NCBI GenBank assembly: GCA_963695555.1
Contig: CAVOGR010000007.1
Location: forward strand, 672,001 to 736,000
From: an uncultured Gemmatimonadales bacterium
Lineage (GTDB): Bacteria; Gemmatimonadota; Gemmatimonadetes; Gemmatimonadales; GWC2-71-9
Length of the DNA: 64,000 bases
Direction: 5' to 3'
The notes under the pieces are model-generated. The model ran no database searches. It was not told the DNA's origin and saw only the letters and a list, made by a program, of their open reading frames with translations. The stretch's first letter is position 1. Every line of letters starts with the position of its first letter. Below, in pieces: positions 31,519 to 43,842 of the stretch. A program made the translations under genes and the position numbers.

Positions 31519-32855
31519 TACTCGTCGCTGAATCCGAACGTCGGTTTGCGCGTGACCCACCGGCCGCCGGTGAAGTCGGGAAACGCCTGGGGCGCACCCC
31601 CGGCCGCGATCGACCGCTCGGACAGCGGGCTGATGACGCTCCACGCCGCGGCGTCGTACACGTCGAGCGGGGTCGGCTCACCACGCTTGACCGCCTCGAT
31701 GAAGCCGTGAAGCACGAAGAAGTCCATGCCGCCGTGCCCGGCGCCCGCCGCGGAGCTCTCCCAACGACGCCACAACGGATGATCGTACCGTTCTAGGTAA
31801 GGGCCCGCGTCTTCCCACTGATGGGGATCGGGACTCACGCCCTCGATGTAGAGCGATTGGTTGTCCCGCATCCAGAGGCCGCGTGTGCCCTGCACCCGAA
31901 AGTTGAGTGAATAGGGACGTGGCAGGTTGGTGTCGTGACTGACCACGACGGTCTCGCCGTTGGCGCACGCGATGACGGTCGTGACGATATCGCCCAGGGC
32001 AAACTTCACGGCCGCGTTGGGATGGTCTTCCCCGCCCATGGCGACGACGTGGTTGTGGAGACCGCGCGACTTGGTCGCGGTCGACGTCAGGGACACGAAC
32101 CGATTGCCACGGTTGATGTCGAGCCAGTTCCCGACCGGTCCGACGCCGTGGGTTGGGTAGAGATCGCCGTTGCGACGGATCGAGTGCTCGGTGCGCCACC
32201 GCGCTTCCCCGTTCGATCCGGGCCCGAACTCGGCGCCGGGCTGGAATTTGATGGCGCGGAGGTCGTGCTGATAGCCCGAGTGGCAGTGCATCAGCTCGCC
32301 GAACATGCCTTGGCGCACCATGTGCAGGATGGCCAGCACATCGCGCCGATAGCACACGTTTTCCAGCATCTGGAACGGCGTGCCGGTCTGCTCGTGCGTC
32401 TGCACCAACTCCCAGCAATCCTCGACCGTCACCGCGGCAGGCACCTCGACCGCCGTCGCTTTGCCCGCTTTCATGGCTGCCACCGACATCGGCACATGCC
32501 AGAGCCACGGCGTTGCGATAATCACGGCATCGACATCGCTCCGCGCCACCAGATTCCGGAAGTCTTCCTCTCCATTCCCACATGTGGCGGGCTCGCGGCC
32601 ACGCGCGTCGCGGACGAGCGCTTTGCCGTTCTCCAACGCCGCCCGGTCGATGTCGCACACCGCCGTGACTTCGATATCGTCTCGGCGAAGCGCGAGCCGC
32701 AGGAGTCCCGTGCCCCTGCCACCTACGCCGATGAAGCCGAGCCGTAGTTTGGCGTCCGGCTGGCGACCAAACACGAGGTGGGGCTGGAATCCGGCCAGGC
32801 CAGCGACGGCTCCGGCCGTCCCTTTCACGAAATCACGGCGATCGATCGGCGGCAT
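31515..32855 (-). CDS. Tat-exported Gfo/Idh/MocA oxidoreductase, GH109 (alpha-N-acetylgalactosaminidase-like)
   Basis: DRRDFVK Tat motif, GVGGRG, TPW.WH, LENVCY, YPTHG, GHGGMD. Confidence 0.88.
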   Translation of the reverse strand: MPPIDRRDFVKGTAGAVAGLAGFQPHLVFGRQPDAKLRLGFIGVGGRGTGLLRLALRRDDIEVTAVCDIDRAALENGKALVRDARGREPATCGNGEEDFRNLVARSDVDAVIIATPWLWHVPMSVAAMKAGKATAVEVPAAVTVEDCWELVQTHEQTGTPFQMLENVCYRRDVLAILHMVRQGMFGELMHCHSGYQHDLRAIKFQPGAEFGPGSNGEARWRTEHSIRRNGDLYPTHGVGPVGNWLDINRGNRFVSLTSTATKSRGLHNHVVAMGGEDHPNAAVKFALGDIVTTVIACANGETVVVSHDTNLPRPYSLNFRVQGTRGLWMRDNQSLYIEGVSPDPHQWEDAGPYLERYDHPLWRRWESSAAGAGHGGMDFFVLHGFIEAVKRGEPTPLDVYDAAAWSVISPLSERSIAAGGAPQAFPDFTGGRWVTRKPTFGFSDEY

Positions 32856-33117
32856 GACGGCTCCTTTCCAGTGGGTTCACCGCACGGTGTGCCTCCCAAG
32901 AGGCTATCCGGGCGTCGGCGCGCACAGTGAGAGAATCCGAGGATGGCACAGCGGCGGCGATCTGCGCGGTCGCGGTGGGCGAGAATTTCCGAAAGCTGAG
33001 CGATGATTTCAAGCATGTGGGGGCAAGATGTGGCGGACGGAATAGTAGCGCCACCAGGGCACGCGATGTACTTGATGGAGATCTCACCCGTCCCGCTGAC
33101 GCCGAGTCCTGGAGCGC

Positions 33118-36100
33118 CTATCCGAGCACGACCTGGACCAGGTGTTCGAGGCCGTCGTCGGACAGCGGGAACGGGCGCGTCTGCCGGAAGCCCGGTTCCG
33201 TCGAGACGGACGCTGGATACTCCTCGACACACGGCGTTCGGATTCTCGACCTCAATCCGATAGCGCGCAGTGCCGTGGCGGTAGACGATCTCGAAGCGTT
33301 TCCATTTTCGAGGTATGCATGGATCGATGCGGATGGCGGAGCCGCGCTTGTGGAATCCGAGGATCGACTCCAAGCCCGCCCGGTAGAGCCAAGCCGCGGC
33401 CCCGGTGTACCACGTCCATCCTCCGCGTCCCACGTGGGCGGGTGCGGAGTAGATATCCGCGGCGACGACGTAGGGCTCCACCTTGTAGCGGTGAAGCGCT
33501 CGCACGACGACTCGCATGGTGAATCGGGTTCAGCAGGTTGAAGAGATCGAAGCTCTTGTCCCCTTCGCCAAGCTGAGCAAACGCCATGACCGACCAGATG
33601 GCGGCATGGGTATACTGCCCACCGTTTTCCCGAATGCCGGGTGGGTATCCCTTGATGTATCCTGGGTCCCGCTCTGTCTCGTCGAACGGCGGGGAGAGGA
33701 GCAGCAGCAGCTGGTCCTCCTGACGGACCAGCCGGCGTGCAACGGAGTCCATGGCTTGGCGCGCGCGCGCCTCATCCCCAGCGCCGGAGAGGACCGCCCA
33801 GGACTGCGCGATCGAGTCGATCTGGCACTCGTCGTTCTGAGCCGATCCGAGCGGCGTCCCGTCATCGAAGAACGCGCGCTGTACCACTCCCCGTCCCATG
33901 CTTCCCGGTCCAGTGCGGTCGCAAGTGATGCGGCCGCCTTCCGCCATTCGTGCTGCACGCTTCTCTTCCTGTCGGCGGTCGGCGATCCCGGCGAACCGCT
34001 CAGGTTGGCATGGAGAAACCAACCCAGCCACACGCTTTCTCCGCGCCCCTCTCGGCCGACCCGGTTCATCCCGTCGTTCCAGTCGCCTCCACCGATCAGC
34101 GGGAGACCATGGCTGCCCATCCCGAGACTCCGGTCCAGGGCGCGCGCACAATGCTCGTACAGTGTCGCTCGCTCATCGGATGCCTTGGGTTCGAAGTACG
34201 CCTCGTGTTCGTGCGCCTCGAGGAGCCGGCCCCTCGAGCCAGGGGACCATTTCGTCCAGCACCGCCCAGTCCTCGGTCACCGTCAGGTAGTGCGCCACGA
34301 CATAGGGCAGCCATAGGCGGTCGTCGGAGATTCGTGTCCGGACGCCACGGCCCGTCGGCGGATGCCACCAGTGCTGGACGTCTCCTTCGGGAAACTGGCG
34401 AGCAGCGGCCCGGAGGATGTGCTCGCGGGCAATGTCGGGCCGCGCGACCAACAGCGCCAGGACGTCCTGCAGCTGGTCGCGGAATCCGTACGCCCCGCCG
34501 GACTGATAGAAGGCGGACCGGGACCAGAGGCGACAGGACAGCGTCTGGTAGAGGAGCCAGCGATTGAGCAGCAGATCCATCGACGCGTCCGGCGTCTTGA
34601 CCTGTACCGTGCCGAGCACCGTGTCCCAGTGGTCCTGGACCTCGCGGAGGAGCGCGTCGCCATCCTTCTTGCGATACCGTTGCACCAGCGTTCGTGCCTG
34701 CTCGGGGCTGTCCCCCTGCCCCAGCAGGAACAGCACCTCGGTGCGCTCGCCCGGCTCGAGTTCCACCTCCGTCTGGAGCGCGGCGCAGGGGTCCAAGGTC
34801 GCGCCGGTCTTGCCCGACAACTCGGCACCCCGCTCGAGCGACGCCGGGTGGTCGAGGCTCGCATTGCGTCCCAGGAACTCGAGCCGGTCGCTGGTCCACG
34901 ATGTCTGGCGCCCACCGAGATCGGCGAAGGCGACCCGGTTCGCGAACTCACCGTTCCAGGCGTTGCGCGCAAACGTGGCCTGGGTCACGGGATCGACTTC
35001 GGTGACCACGTAAGGCGCGGCGGCGCTGCGCGTCACCCCCAGGACCCACTCCACATAGGCGGTGACGGAAAGGCGCCGTTTGTGGTCGGATCGGTTCACC
35101 AACGTCAGGCGCGAAATCTTGACAGGGTCGTGTGGCGGCACGAACTGCAGTAGGTCCAGCGCGATGCCGTGGGAGAGATGCTCGAAGCGACTGTACCCCT
35201 GCCCGTGGCGGATGATGTACGGCCAGGCGTCTTCGCGGATTGGCAGGCATGTCGGTCCCCACATCACGCCACTGTCCAGGTCGCGTACGTAGAACACTTC
35301 GCCCGGAGTGTCGCTGACCGGATCGTTCGACCAGGGCGTGAGCTTGTTCTCGCGGCTGTTGACGGACCACGTATAGCCGGAGCCCGTCTCGGACACCTGA
35401 AACCCGAACGCCGGGTTTGCCACGACATTGATCCAGGGAGCCGGCGTCCATTGTCCTCCGCCCAGCACCGTGACGTATTCGCGGCCGTCCTCGGTAAACC
35501 CTCCGAGGCCGTTGAAGAATTCCAGATTCAGCGCTGGAGAGGAAACCGGTTTTGCGACCTCGCGCTGGGAGCGGAGCCGTGGCGGGACTGGTCCGGGCCT
35601 CAAGCGCCCCAGCCGGATCACTTGCTCGGATAGCGTACCCCGATTCGCCAGGATCAACACGCGCGCCGCCGAGCGCAGCAGAATGAGGTCCTCTGCCGGC
35701 AGCAGGTCCTCCCGGAGCACGAACACCCCTCCTCGCCTTTCGTCCTTCTCACGGCCGACCGCCTTGGCTCGCACCATGGCTTCGAAGAATTCCTGAAGAC
35801 CCGATGCATAGGAGGCGCCTTTCGCATTGAGGATCACCAGGTCGGCGGAGATCCCCTTCAGGCGCCAGTATTCGTGCGCCCGCACCAGTTGCCTCGCCAC
35901 ATCCCGCTCTTCATCCTGCTCGACACGCACGACGGCAATCGGGAGGTCGCCGGAGATGCCGTAGGCCCAGAGCCCAGACGCCCCTCGGCGGTTGGCGATC
36001 AGATCCTGTGGCGCCGTGCGCAACGTGCGATCGTCGTACAGCATCCGATTGGCCAGACGCTGGAACAGATGCGCCTCGTCCTGGGTGGTCTGGAGGTGGT

Positions 36101-39100
36101 GCAGCTGGACCTGGGCGTACATCCAGGCGAGTGAGCTCTCCCGCTCGAACGTGTCCTTCTGGCGGTATTTCTCCGCGAGGTCGAGGGCTTCCTCCCGGGA
36201 CGGCGCCACCAGGGTAGTGAACACGAGACGGGCCGTCCCGCCCGCTGGGATCGCCACCCGATACCGGAGGCTCACGATCGGATCGAGAACCGTCCCGGCC
36301 GTGTTTGTGAGCGGTTTGCCCTCGATCACCGAGAGCGGTGCACGTATTCCGCGGCCCCGGCCCAGAAAGGCGGCGCGGTCGGTCTCGTATTCGCACGAGC
36401 CGACGATCTCCCCGTCGACGGCGGCAAGATGGGCCAGCCAGACCTGCGGCTCCGACGTCGATCGTGGGCGCCGGGTTGCCAACAGTGTCTGGAGCCCGGG
36501 AACGAATTCGGTCTCGACAAAGAGGTTGGAGAACGTCGGGTGGGCCTGGTCGGCGGCTTGCGAGGCCAGCACCACCTCCGCATAGGACGTGATGTCGATC
36601 TCGCGATCACGATTCTCCAGATTGGTCACCGTCAGCTGCCGGAGCTCGGCGTCGTCCTCCGGCGAGACGACGATCTCGAGCGTGGTTGACCGTGATCGAT
36701 TGCGCTGCATGATCTTGGCCCGGTCTTCGGCATAGACGACGCCATACTTGGCCGCCTCGGTTCCGCTCGGCTGAAACCCGGCAGACCAGACTTCACCGGT
36801 CTTGGCGTCCCGCAAGAACAGGAACGTGCCCCAGCAGTCACGGGTCGAATCCTCCCGCCATCGTGTCACGGCAAGGTCGCGCCATCGACTGAACCCGGAG
36901 CCCGCTGCCGTGACCATGACCACGTACCGACCGTTCGACAGGACATGGGTGCGCGGCGAAATGTCATGGGGAGATTCGAACCGCCGCAGGGTCGGTGGAA
37001 TGGTGTCGCGAACGTGGGCGGCCATCTGCACTTCCTCGCCCCGGGGCCGCGTCACGCCCACCGCCCGCGGCGTGCGCTCCTGGAGGAGCAGCTCCGCCGC
37101 CTGGATCATCGGATGCGCGTGGAAGCGTCTCCGTGTGAGGCCGTTGTGAACGACGTTGCCCAGCGAGACGATCGTCATCCCCTGATGGTGGGCCATGTAG
37201 GCCCGCACCACGGCCACCTTTGCCTTTTCAGGAAGCCGCGACGGGGTGAAATCCAACGCTTCATAGAAGCCGTAGGTGCCGTCGGCGTGGTTCTCTTCGA
37301 GACGAGCGACGTTGTCGAGGGCGGCCCTGGGTTCCACCATGGCCGCGAGCGCGGTCGCGTAGGGGGCCACCACGACGTCCTCGAAGAGCCCGCGCTTGAG
37401 CCCCAGGCCAGGGACGCCGAAATCCGAATATTGATAGGTGAGTTCGAGGTTGCGCACGTTGTAGGCCGACTCGGAGACCCCCCAGGGGACCCCTCGTTCC
37501 GCGCCATACCGGACCTGGCGTCCAACGACGAGACGGCACGTGAGATCGAGCAGGCTGTGGGCAGGCTGCTCCATCACGAGAAGCGGCATCAAGTATTCGA
37601 ACATCGATCCAGACCAGGACACGAGCGCCGCGCCACGCCCAACCGGTGTGAGGGCCCGACCGAGGAGGAACCAGTGCCGTGGCGAGACATCGCCCTTGGC
37701 GATGGCCAGGAAACTCGCCAGCCTCGCTTCCGAGGCCAGGAGGTCGTAGCAGCTCGGGTCGAGGGTGTTGTCGGCCACCCGGAAGCCGATCGAGAACAGC
37801 TGACGCGAGGGGTCGAAGAGGAAGCGGAAGTCCATCGACCAGGCCATCTGTTCCGCCTGGAGTGCCAGAGCGGAGAGGCGGTGCTGAAGCGCAAGTGCCA
37901 CTGTTCCGGCCCCATCGGAATCCTCACGACGGATCAACTCGAGATCGCGCGCATGACTCTGGACCGTGTCTCGGATGGCAGTTGCCCACGTGAGAATCTC
38001 CGAATGGTCTCCGTTCTCGAGATCAGCGGAAAGCGTGCTGGCAATGTCCCAGAGGTTCTCCGCTCGGGACTCGAGCGCCTCGAATCGATGCTCCCATTCT
38101 GCGAGCGACGTCGGAGTGTTCTCCAGGACGGCTGTCATCGCGCTCAGCGCCTCGCGCATCTGTAGCGCCGTGACCGTTTCCGACCGCGGGCGGAACGTGG
38201 TCTTCGCCACCGCATCGAGTACCGGCTGCAGCGCGTCGCGAATCCCATCCAGCACCTGTGGGCCTAGCACCGGTCGACCCGTGAGCTGGCGACACCCTTG
38301 AGACAGCGCGATCAGATGCCCAGCCAGGTTCCCACTATCGACGGTGGAGATATAGAGCGGGTCGAGCGGCCGGAGATCTCTGGTGTCGTACCAGTTGACG
38401 AAATGACCGTGAAACCGGCGCAGGGTGGTCATGGTCCCCAACGTGGCTTCGAGACGGTGGGTCATGTCCGAGATCCCGATCCAGCCGAAGTCATGGGCAA
38501 CCATCGTGCTTAGGAGATACAACCCCATGTTCGATGGCGAGGTCCGGTGCGCGACGACCGGTTCGGGATCCTCTTGGAAGTTGTCCGGCGGGAGAAAGTG
38601 CTCCTTGTCATTCACGAACGTCTCGAAAAAGCGCCAGGTCCGTCTTGCGATGAGGCGCAAGGAGCGCTCCTGCCTCGGCGACAAGCGAAGCGTGTCCGCA
38701 GGCTTCGCTGGAACGCTGAGCCGCCAGGCGAGAACCGGCGATAGGGCCCAGAGAAGAATTAAGGGTCCGGCTACTGGCCACGCGCCCGGCTTGAGAATGC
38801 CGACGAGTACTCCGACGCCCAAGGCGAGAACAACGGCCCAGCGAAGGTGCGAATAGAAGGCGCGGAGCCTCGGGTCGGCGCCGTACCCAACCTGTGCCGC
38901 CGGGACCCATTCGAGGAGATTTCGCTGCGTGACATAAAGCCGGCCAAGCGTGCGCAGAACGGCATCGGTCATGTACCGCGCCTGGTGGGCCAGCACCGTG
39001 ATGGCGAGCAGCATCCGCAGCGCGGCAACCTGGATATCGCCGCCAGTGGCGCGCAAATGGCTGCGTTTGGAATACCCTGGCCGACGAGGGATCAAGCCGT

Positions 39101-41754
39101 CGAGCACCGGCATGAACGCGGGCACTGCGATGGCTGCGATGATCAGGCTCGTCCACAAGAGCGGTGAGACGGCGGGCAATGTCCAGGCGGCGACGGCAAG
39201 CAGAAACGACGCAGGCGCGAAGAGGCTTCGGCGCAGGTTGTCCAGCATCCTCCAGCGGCCGTGTGCCGGAATGCGCGCTGGCCGCTTCTGCCCCGCGGCG
39301 TTGCGCGAACGACCGAGTATCCAGGGAAGGAGCTGCCAGTCGCCGCGCACCCACCGATGGTTTCGGCGGACGGCTACCTCGTAATTAGCTGGAAACTCTT
39401 CGAATAACTCGATGTCGGTCACCAGCCCCGCGCGCGCGAAGATCCCCTCGAAGAGATCGTGACTGAGTAGCGCATTCTCCGGAACCCGCCACGCGAGCGC
39501 CGCCTCGAACGCATCGACGTCGTAGATCCCCTTCCCCGTGTAGGAGCCCTCGCCGAACAAGTCCTGATACACGTCGGAGACCGCACCCGCGTAGGGGTCC
39601 ACCCCTCCTGGGCCCGACACGATCCGCTGATACGTCGTGCTCTCAGGCCCCGTCGGCAGTGACGGAACGATCCGTGGCTGGAGGATTCCGTACCCCTCGA
39701 CAACCCGCCCCATTTCGGCGTCAAAGCGCGGTTGGTTCAACGGGTGAGCCATTGCCCCGACGAGGCGGTAGGCAGCCGCCTTTGGAAGCCGCGTGTCGGC
39801 ATCCAAGGTGATGACGTAGCGGACACCATCGGGCACGGTGGGTGGTTTGCCGTTGATCGGAATGAACGTGGTGTCCGTAGCGCCCCGAAGGAGCCGATTC
39901 AGTTCGTGCAGCTTCCCTCGCTTCCGTTCCCAGCCGATCCACTTGCCTTCTTTCTCGTTCCAGAGGCGCCGGCGATGCAACACCATGAACCGCTCCCCTC
40001 CACCGGGCGGGCTGCCGTATTGCTCGTTGAGACGCGCGATCTCGTCCGCCAGCTCGGAGAGGAGATCTTCGTCGCCCGGCTCGTGTTCGTGAGCGGCGTC
40101 TTTCCAGTCAGTTAGGAGCGCGAAGTGGAGATGCCCATCGGGATTCGCCAAGAAGTGGACCTGGAGCCGTTCGACGGACTCCTCGACATCCGCGTGGCTC
40201 CCGAGCAGCGTGGGCACGACGACCATGGTTCGAAGCTCCGCAGGCACGCCGCGCACCAATTCGAGCTTCGAGAGCAGCCGCGGGGGAACGACGTCAGTGA
40301 CCAGGCGGTGGATGAGGGACACGACGATATCTGAGGCCGGCACGAGGGCGAGGATCCCGAGAAGCACGAGGATCGGCAGGCCGACACCCGCGCCCCACGT
40401 CACGTACAGAGGGCCGGCGAGAACAACCGCAGTCAGAAGCGCAATCAGTCCGAAATAGCCGGACGTCGCATGGGCGCGCCACGCGCGTCGGACCCGGACT
40501 CGCCACGGGACGCGAAAGCCCAGCCGACTCTCGAAAGCAAACCGGCCACGAGACACGAGATGATACCCCGGGTCCTCCTCCGGGCGTTTGACAATGGCGA
40601 GGAGGCCTGACTGGTTCGCCAGTCGGACGGCCTCCAGTTCGGTGGGACTTGTCCGCGATGCGGTCTCAGGGGGGTCCTGCGCTGCGTCGCGCGCGAGCCG
40701 GACAGCTTCGCGGGCAACCTCCAGTTCCGATCTACTCGAGCCGCGGGACAATTCCTCGACCGCCGCCCGATACTTGTCTCGGGTGCGGAAATCCATGGCC
40801 GCGAACCCGGGGACGGATCGAAAGACCTCGTCCACCAGGCTGACGCTTTCGAAGAACCCCGGCCAGTCGATGGACGACAGCCACCGCATGCTGGTGATAA
40901 TGTTCCGCACGGTGATGTTTGCTGCGGCTTGGGCCTGATGGGCCTCGGCGACCACTTCGTTGGGGGACGTCCCCTGTGCAGCCAGGTTCGCATCGAGCCA
41001 GTCGAGGGCCGGCATGAGCGAAGGTGGCTGATCACGAAGCCGCTGCACGAGTTGCACGGCGAACGCGCTGTCGAGGGGAGCGTTGCCGAGCGATTCCAGA
41101 CACGTCATCCATGCCCTCCGCAGCATGATCGCTGAGACCCAAGAGGCGATCCGCAACATCGTCCCCTCGCGCGCGCGCCTCGCGAGCGGGAATGATCAGA
41201 TCCGACAACCGCCGCAGATTCTCAACGAGGGCCACTCGCAGATGGATGGCGACTGCCCAGAGTTCGCCGATGCCGAGCGGCTGGATCCGCTGGTAGGCCC
41301 GCACGAACGCCTGGAGTGTCTCGAGGTCGAATCGACTGTCGGTGTGCGCCACATACGCCCAGGCCAGCCCAAAGACGCGCGGGTACCCGCCGAGGTGGTG
41401 GCCCTCGGCTATCTTCGGTAGGAGTTTGTAAAAGCTGCGCGGGAGATGATCCCGGATTTCCCGGAGTTGCCCGTCCACCACGTGGAAGTTGTCGAGGAGC
41501 CACTCCTCGGCTTGGGTAATCTGACTCTTCTGTCGCACCGCCTCGACGATGTTCCGGTACCCGGCGAGAAGCACCTTCCCATTCTCGCGGACGCGGTAGA
41601 GGAGCTGGCGTCCCGGTGCGCGTCCCTCAGCGGTGAGTTGGGCAGCGGCCAGGCTCTCGGCGTGCTGCTCGAGCCGTTCGATGCCGAACACCTCGGCGCG
41701 GATCGGCTGGTGCTCTCGGGAAGGAGCTGCGACCAGGACGTCCAGGGTGTTCAA
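33118..41754 (-). CDS. ndvB: cyclic beta-1,2-glucan synthase/phosphorylase (Cgs/NdvB, ~2870 aa); ~7 frameshifts (~41100, ~34226, ~33997, ~33950, ~33880, ~33497, ~33172)
   Basis: WERKRGKL, LDADT, SHDLFEG, RWVRGDWQL (synthase); TM block; SEARL, SWSGSMFEYLMP, PWGVSES; C-terminal GH94 motifs GAYGFRDQLQD, GDWNDG, RENGGQY, GGWTWYTG. Confidence 0.92.
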
Positions 41755-42203
41755 TTCGAGCTCCGTATCGCGGCTGCCAAACGTGTGCGCTTGATCAAAG
41801 AGTCGTGACCCCCTTCCTGCAGCCGAAGCCGGGCTACAGACTTTCGCTGGAACAACTCGTGCCGGCCTCGAGGAGGGCCACCCCGATTGGTCTCAGCCAC
41901 CCCGCCCCGAAATGGTTCTCGGACCGCCTGGTCAACATACCCAGGGTCGCCAGCCGGTGGCATTGCGTGCTCGAGAGGGCTCGCGGGGACGGGGAACGTC
42001 CTGGTTGGCTGCAACTCCACGCGCATTCTGAGAATCTGTAGCGGCAGTGGCCCAACGCCTGCCGTTCTGACAGCCCGATGGGCCCTGCTGGGCGGGCCGG
42101 TGGTTGGCCCCTCGTCTGGACTGAACAGGAACGAAGCTTGCTCTTGTTACGTACAGATTAAGAACGACGCCGTCAAATCAATCTGCGAGAGAATGGGAGT
42201 TTC

Positions 42204-43781
42204 ATGAGCGCCAGGCTGCAGTCGCCCGCCGCCCCGAACCTCGGCTTTGCACGGCCTTCGCGGCCCTGGGCAGGGGGTGCGGCTGCAATGGCGTTGGCAC
42301 TCCTCGCGCTGGCCCCCCGGGTCGGGTGGACCACGCCCAGCCCACCGGCGGCCGACCTGGAAGCCAGACTCAAGCGCTGGTTCGCCGAGGCGTCACGCAT
42401 AGCGCCCGGGGAATGGGGTGTTGCGGTCGCGGCCGAGGACGGGCGCATCCTCTGGAGCGTGCGGCCCGATCAGGCGCTGATTCCGGCATCCGCCGTCAAG
42501 CTCTTCACCACCGGATTTGCCCGGACCGTGCTCGGGGCCGATGCCCGCCGCTCAACCAGGATCCTCGGCAACGGGTATGTCGATCCCGCGTCCGGGGACT
42601 GGGTCGGCCGCTGGGCGATCGAGGTGAACGGAGACCCGTCGCTCGAGCGGTCGAAGAGTGGCGGCACCAAGCTGCTCTCCCTAGCCCAACAGCTCGCGGC
42701 CCTTGGGGTGCGCCGATTGACCGGACCGTTCGAGGTGCAGAGCGCCGCGGGGCCGGCCGAAGCGTGGTTTCCGGCCCAGTGGTCGGAGCGCCACCGAGGC
42801 CGGCTCTTCGCCCCGCTGATCGGCCCACTCACCGTGCACGAAAACGTGGTGCGTTTCACCATCCGGCCGGGCAGCGCGGTTGGGCGGCGCGCCCGCCTCG
42901 CCACGGTGTCACCCGACGGCATCGAGCGTCTCGTCGCGGTACACGCGACGACGTCCTCCGGGCGGCGATCTCGCCTCAGGGTCCGGCCGGCGCCGGGCGG
43001 AGGCTGGGTGGTAACGGGCCAGATTGGGGAGCGCTCGCGTGGCCGCTCCATCAGTGTCACCGCCGTCGAGCCGCGCCTGGTACTCGAGGCGGTCTGGGAG
43101 GCGGCAATTCGAGAAGTTGGCATCGAATGGGACCGGGAACCGCGCAATGCTCTGGACCAAGCTGCTGCGCCAGACGGGGTGCTGGCCGAGGTGCTGTCAC
43201 CATCGCTCGACTCGATCGCGAGCGACATCAACCTGCGAAGCCACAATCTCGGCGCGGAGCTGCTGCTCCAGTGGGCCGCAGGTCCGAGCTATGGGCCGGA
43301 ACTCCTCACCCAACACGTCCAATTCATCACGGGCCAACTCGATGGAGTGCGGCTGGTCGATGGCAGCGGCCTCTCCAGCAACGACCGGGTAGCTCCGCGC
43401 ATTTTTGTGTCCTACATGGCCCGTCTCCCGCAAACGGAGCACGGCAAGAACTTCCCGCTGTTATTCCCCGCCAATGGTACCGGCACCCTCAAGCCGCTCC
43501 GGGGCGACCTTCCGGCTGAAGGAGTATTCCGCGCCAAGACGGGTACGTTGCGTAACGTCTCGACCGTCGTGGGATATCTCGGTCGCCCCGACGGCGTCTT
43601 ACTCCTCTCCCTCATGTACAACGGATCGCGGCCGTCCTCCGCTCGTCGCGCCCAGTGGCAGCTGGTGCGGGAACTCGGGGCCGACGGCATCGCGGTACCG
43701 GCCGAGTGGGAGGAACAGGAATCGCCCCAGTATGGTGGCCAGGGCAGCGAGTGGACCGAACGCCTGAACCACATTTTCTAA
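42204..43781 (+). CDS. dacB: D-alanyl-D-alanine carboxypeptidase/endopeptidase (PBP4, S13)
   Basis: PASAVK (SxxK), SHN, DGSGLS, AKTGTL. Confidence 0.9.
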   Translation: MSARLQSPAAPNLGFARPSRPWAGGAAAMALALLALAPRVGWTTPSPPAADLEARLKRWFAEASRIAPGEWGVAVAAEDGRILWSVRPDQALIPASAVKLFTTGFARTVLGADARRSTRILGNGYVDPASGDWVGRWAIEVNGDPSLERSKSGGTKLLSLAQQLAALGVRRLTGPFEVQSAAGPAEAWFPAQWSERHRGRLFAPLIGPLTVHENVVRFTIRPGSAVGRRARLATVSPDGIERLVAVHATTSSGRRSRLRVRPAPGGGWVVTGQIGERSRGRSISVTAVEPRLVLEAVWEAAIREVGIEWDREPRNALDQAAAPDGVLAEVLSPSLDSIASDINLRSHNLGAELLLQWAAGPSYGPELLTQHVQFITGQLDGVRLVDGSGLSSNDRVAPRIFVSYMARLPQTEHGKNFPLLFPANGTGTLKPLRGDLPAEGVFRAKTGTLRNVSTVVGYLGRPDGVLLLSLMYNGSRPSSARRAQWQLVRELGADGIAVPAEWEEQESPQYGGQGSEWTERLNHIF

Positions 43782-43842
43782 GCCACATACCTCGAATACA
43801 AAGTAGATGGCCCAATCCCTCCGCTGCTCATCGGAGGTGGTT

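Noticed and set aside
41751..42026. 91-aa minus-strand ORF whose stop overlaps the cgs TTG
   Set aside because: No recognisable motif or SD, and low-information composition; cgs has its own GGAG SD. Cannot be supported as a gene
30500..42200. Genomic island or mobile element around cgs
   Set aside because: No integrase, transposase, tRNA or terminal repeats seen; a compositional shift could not be measured by eye
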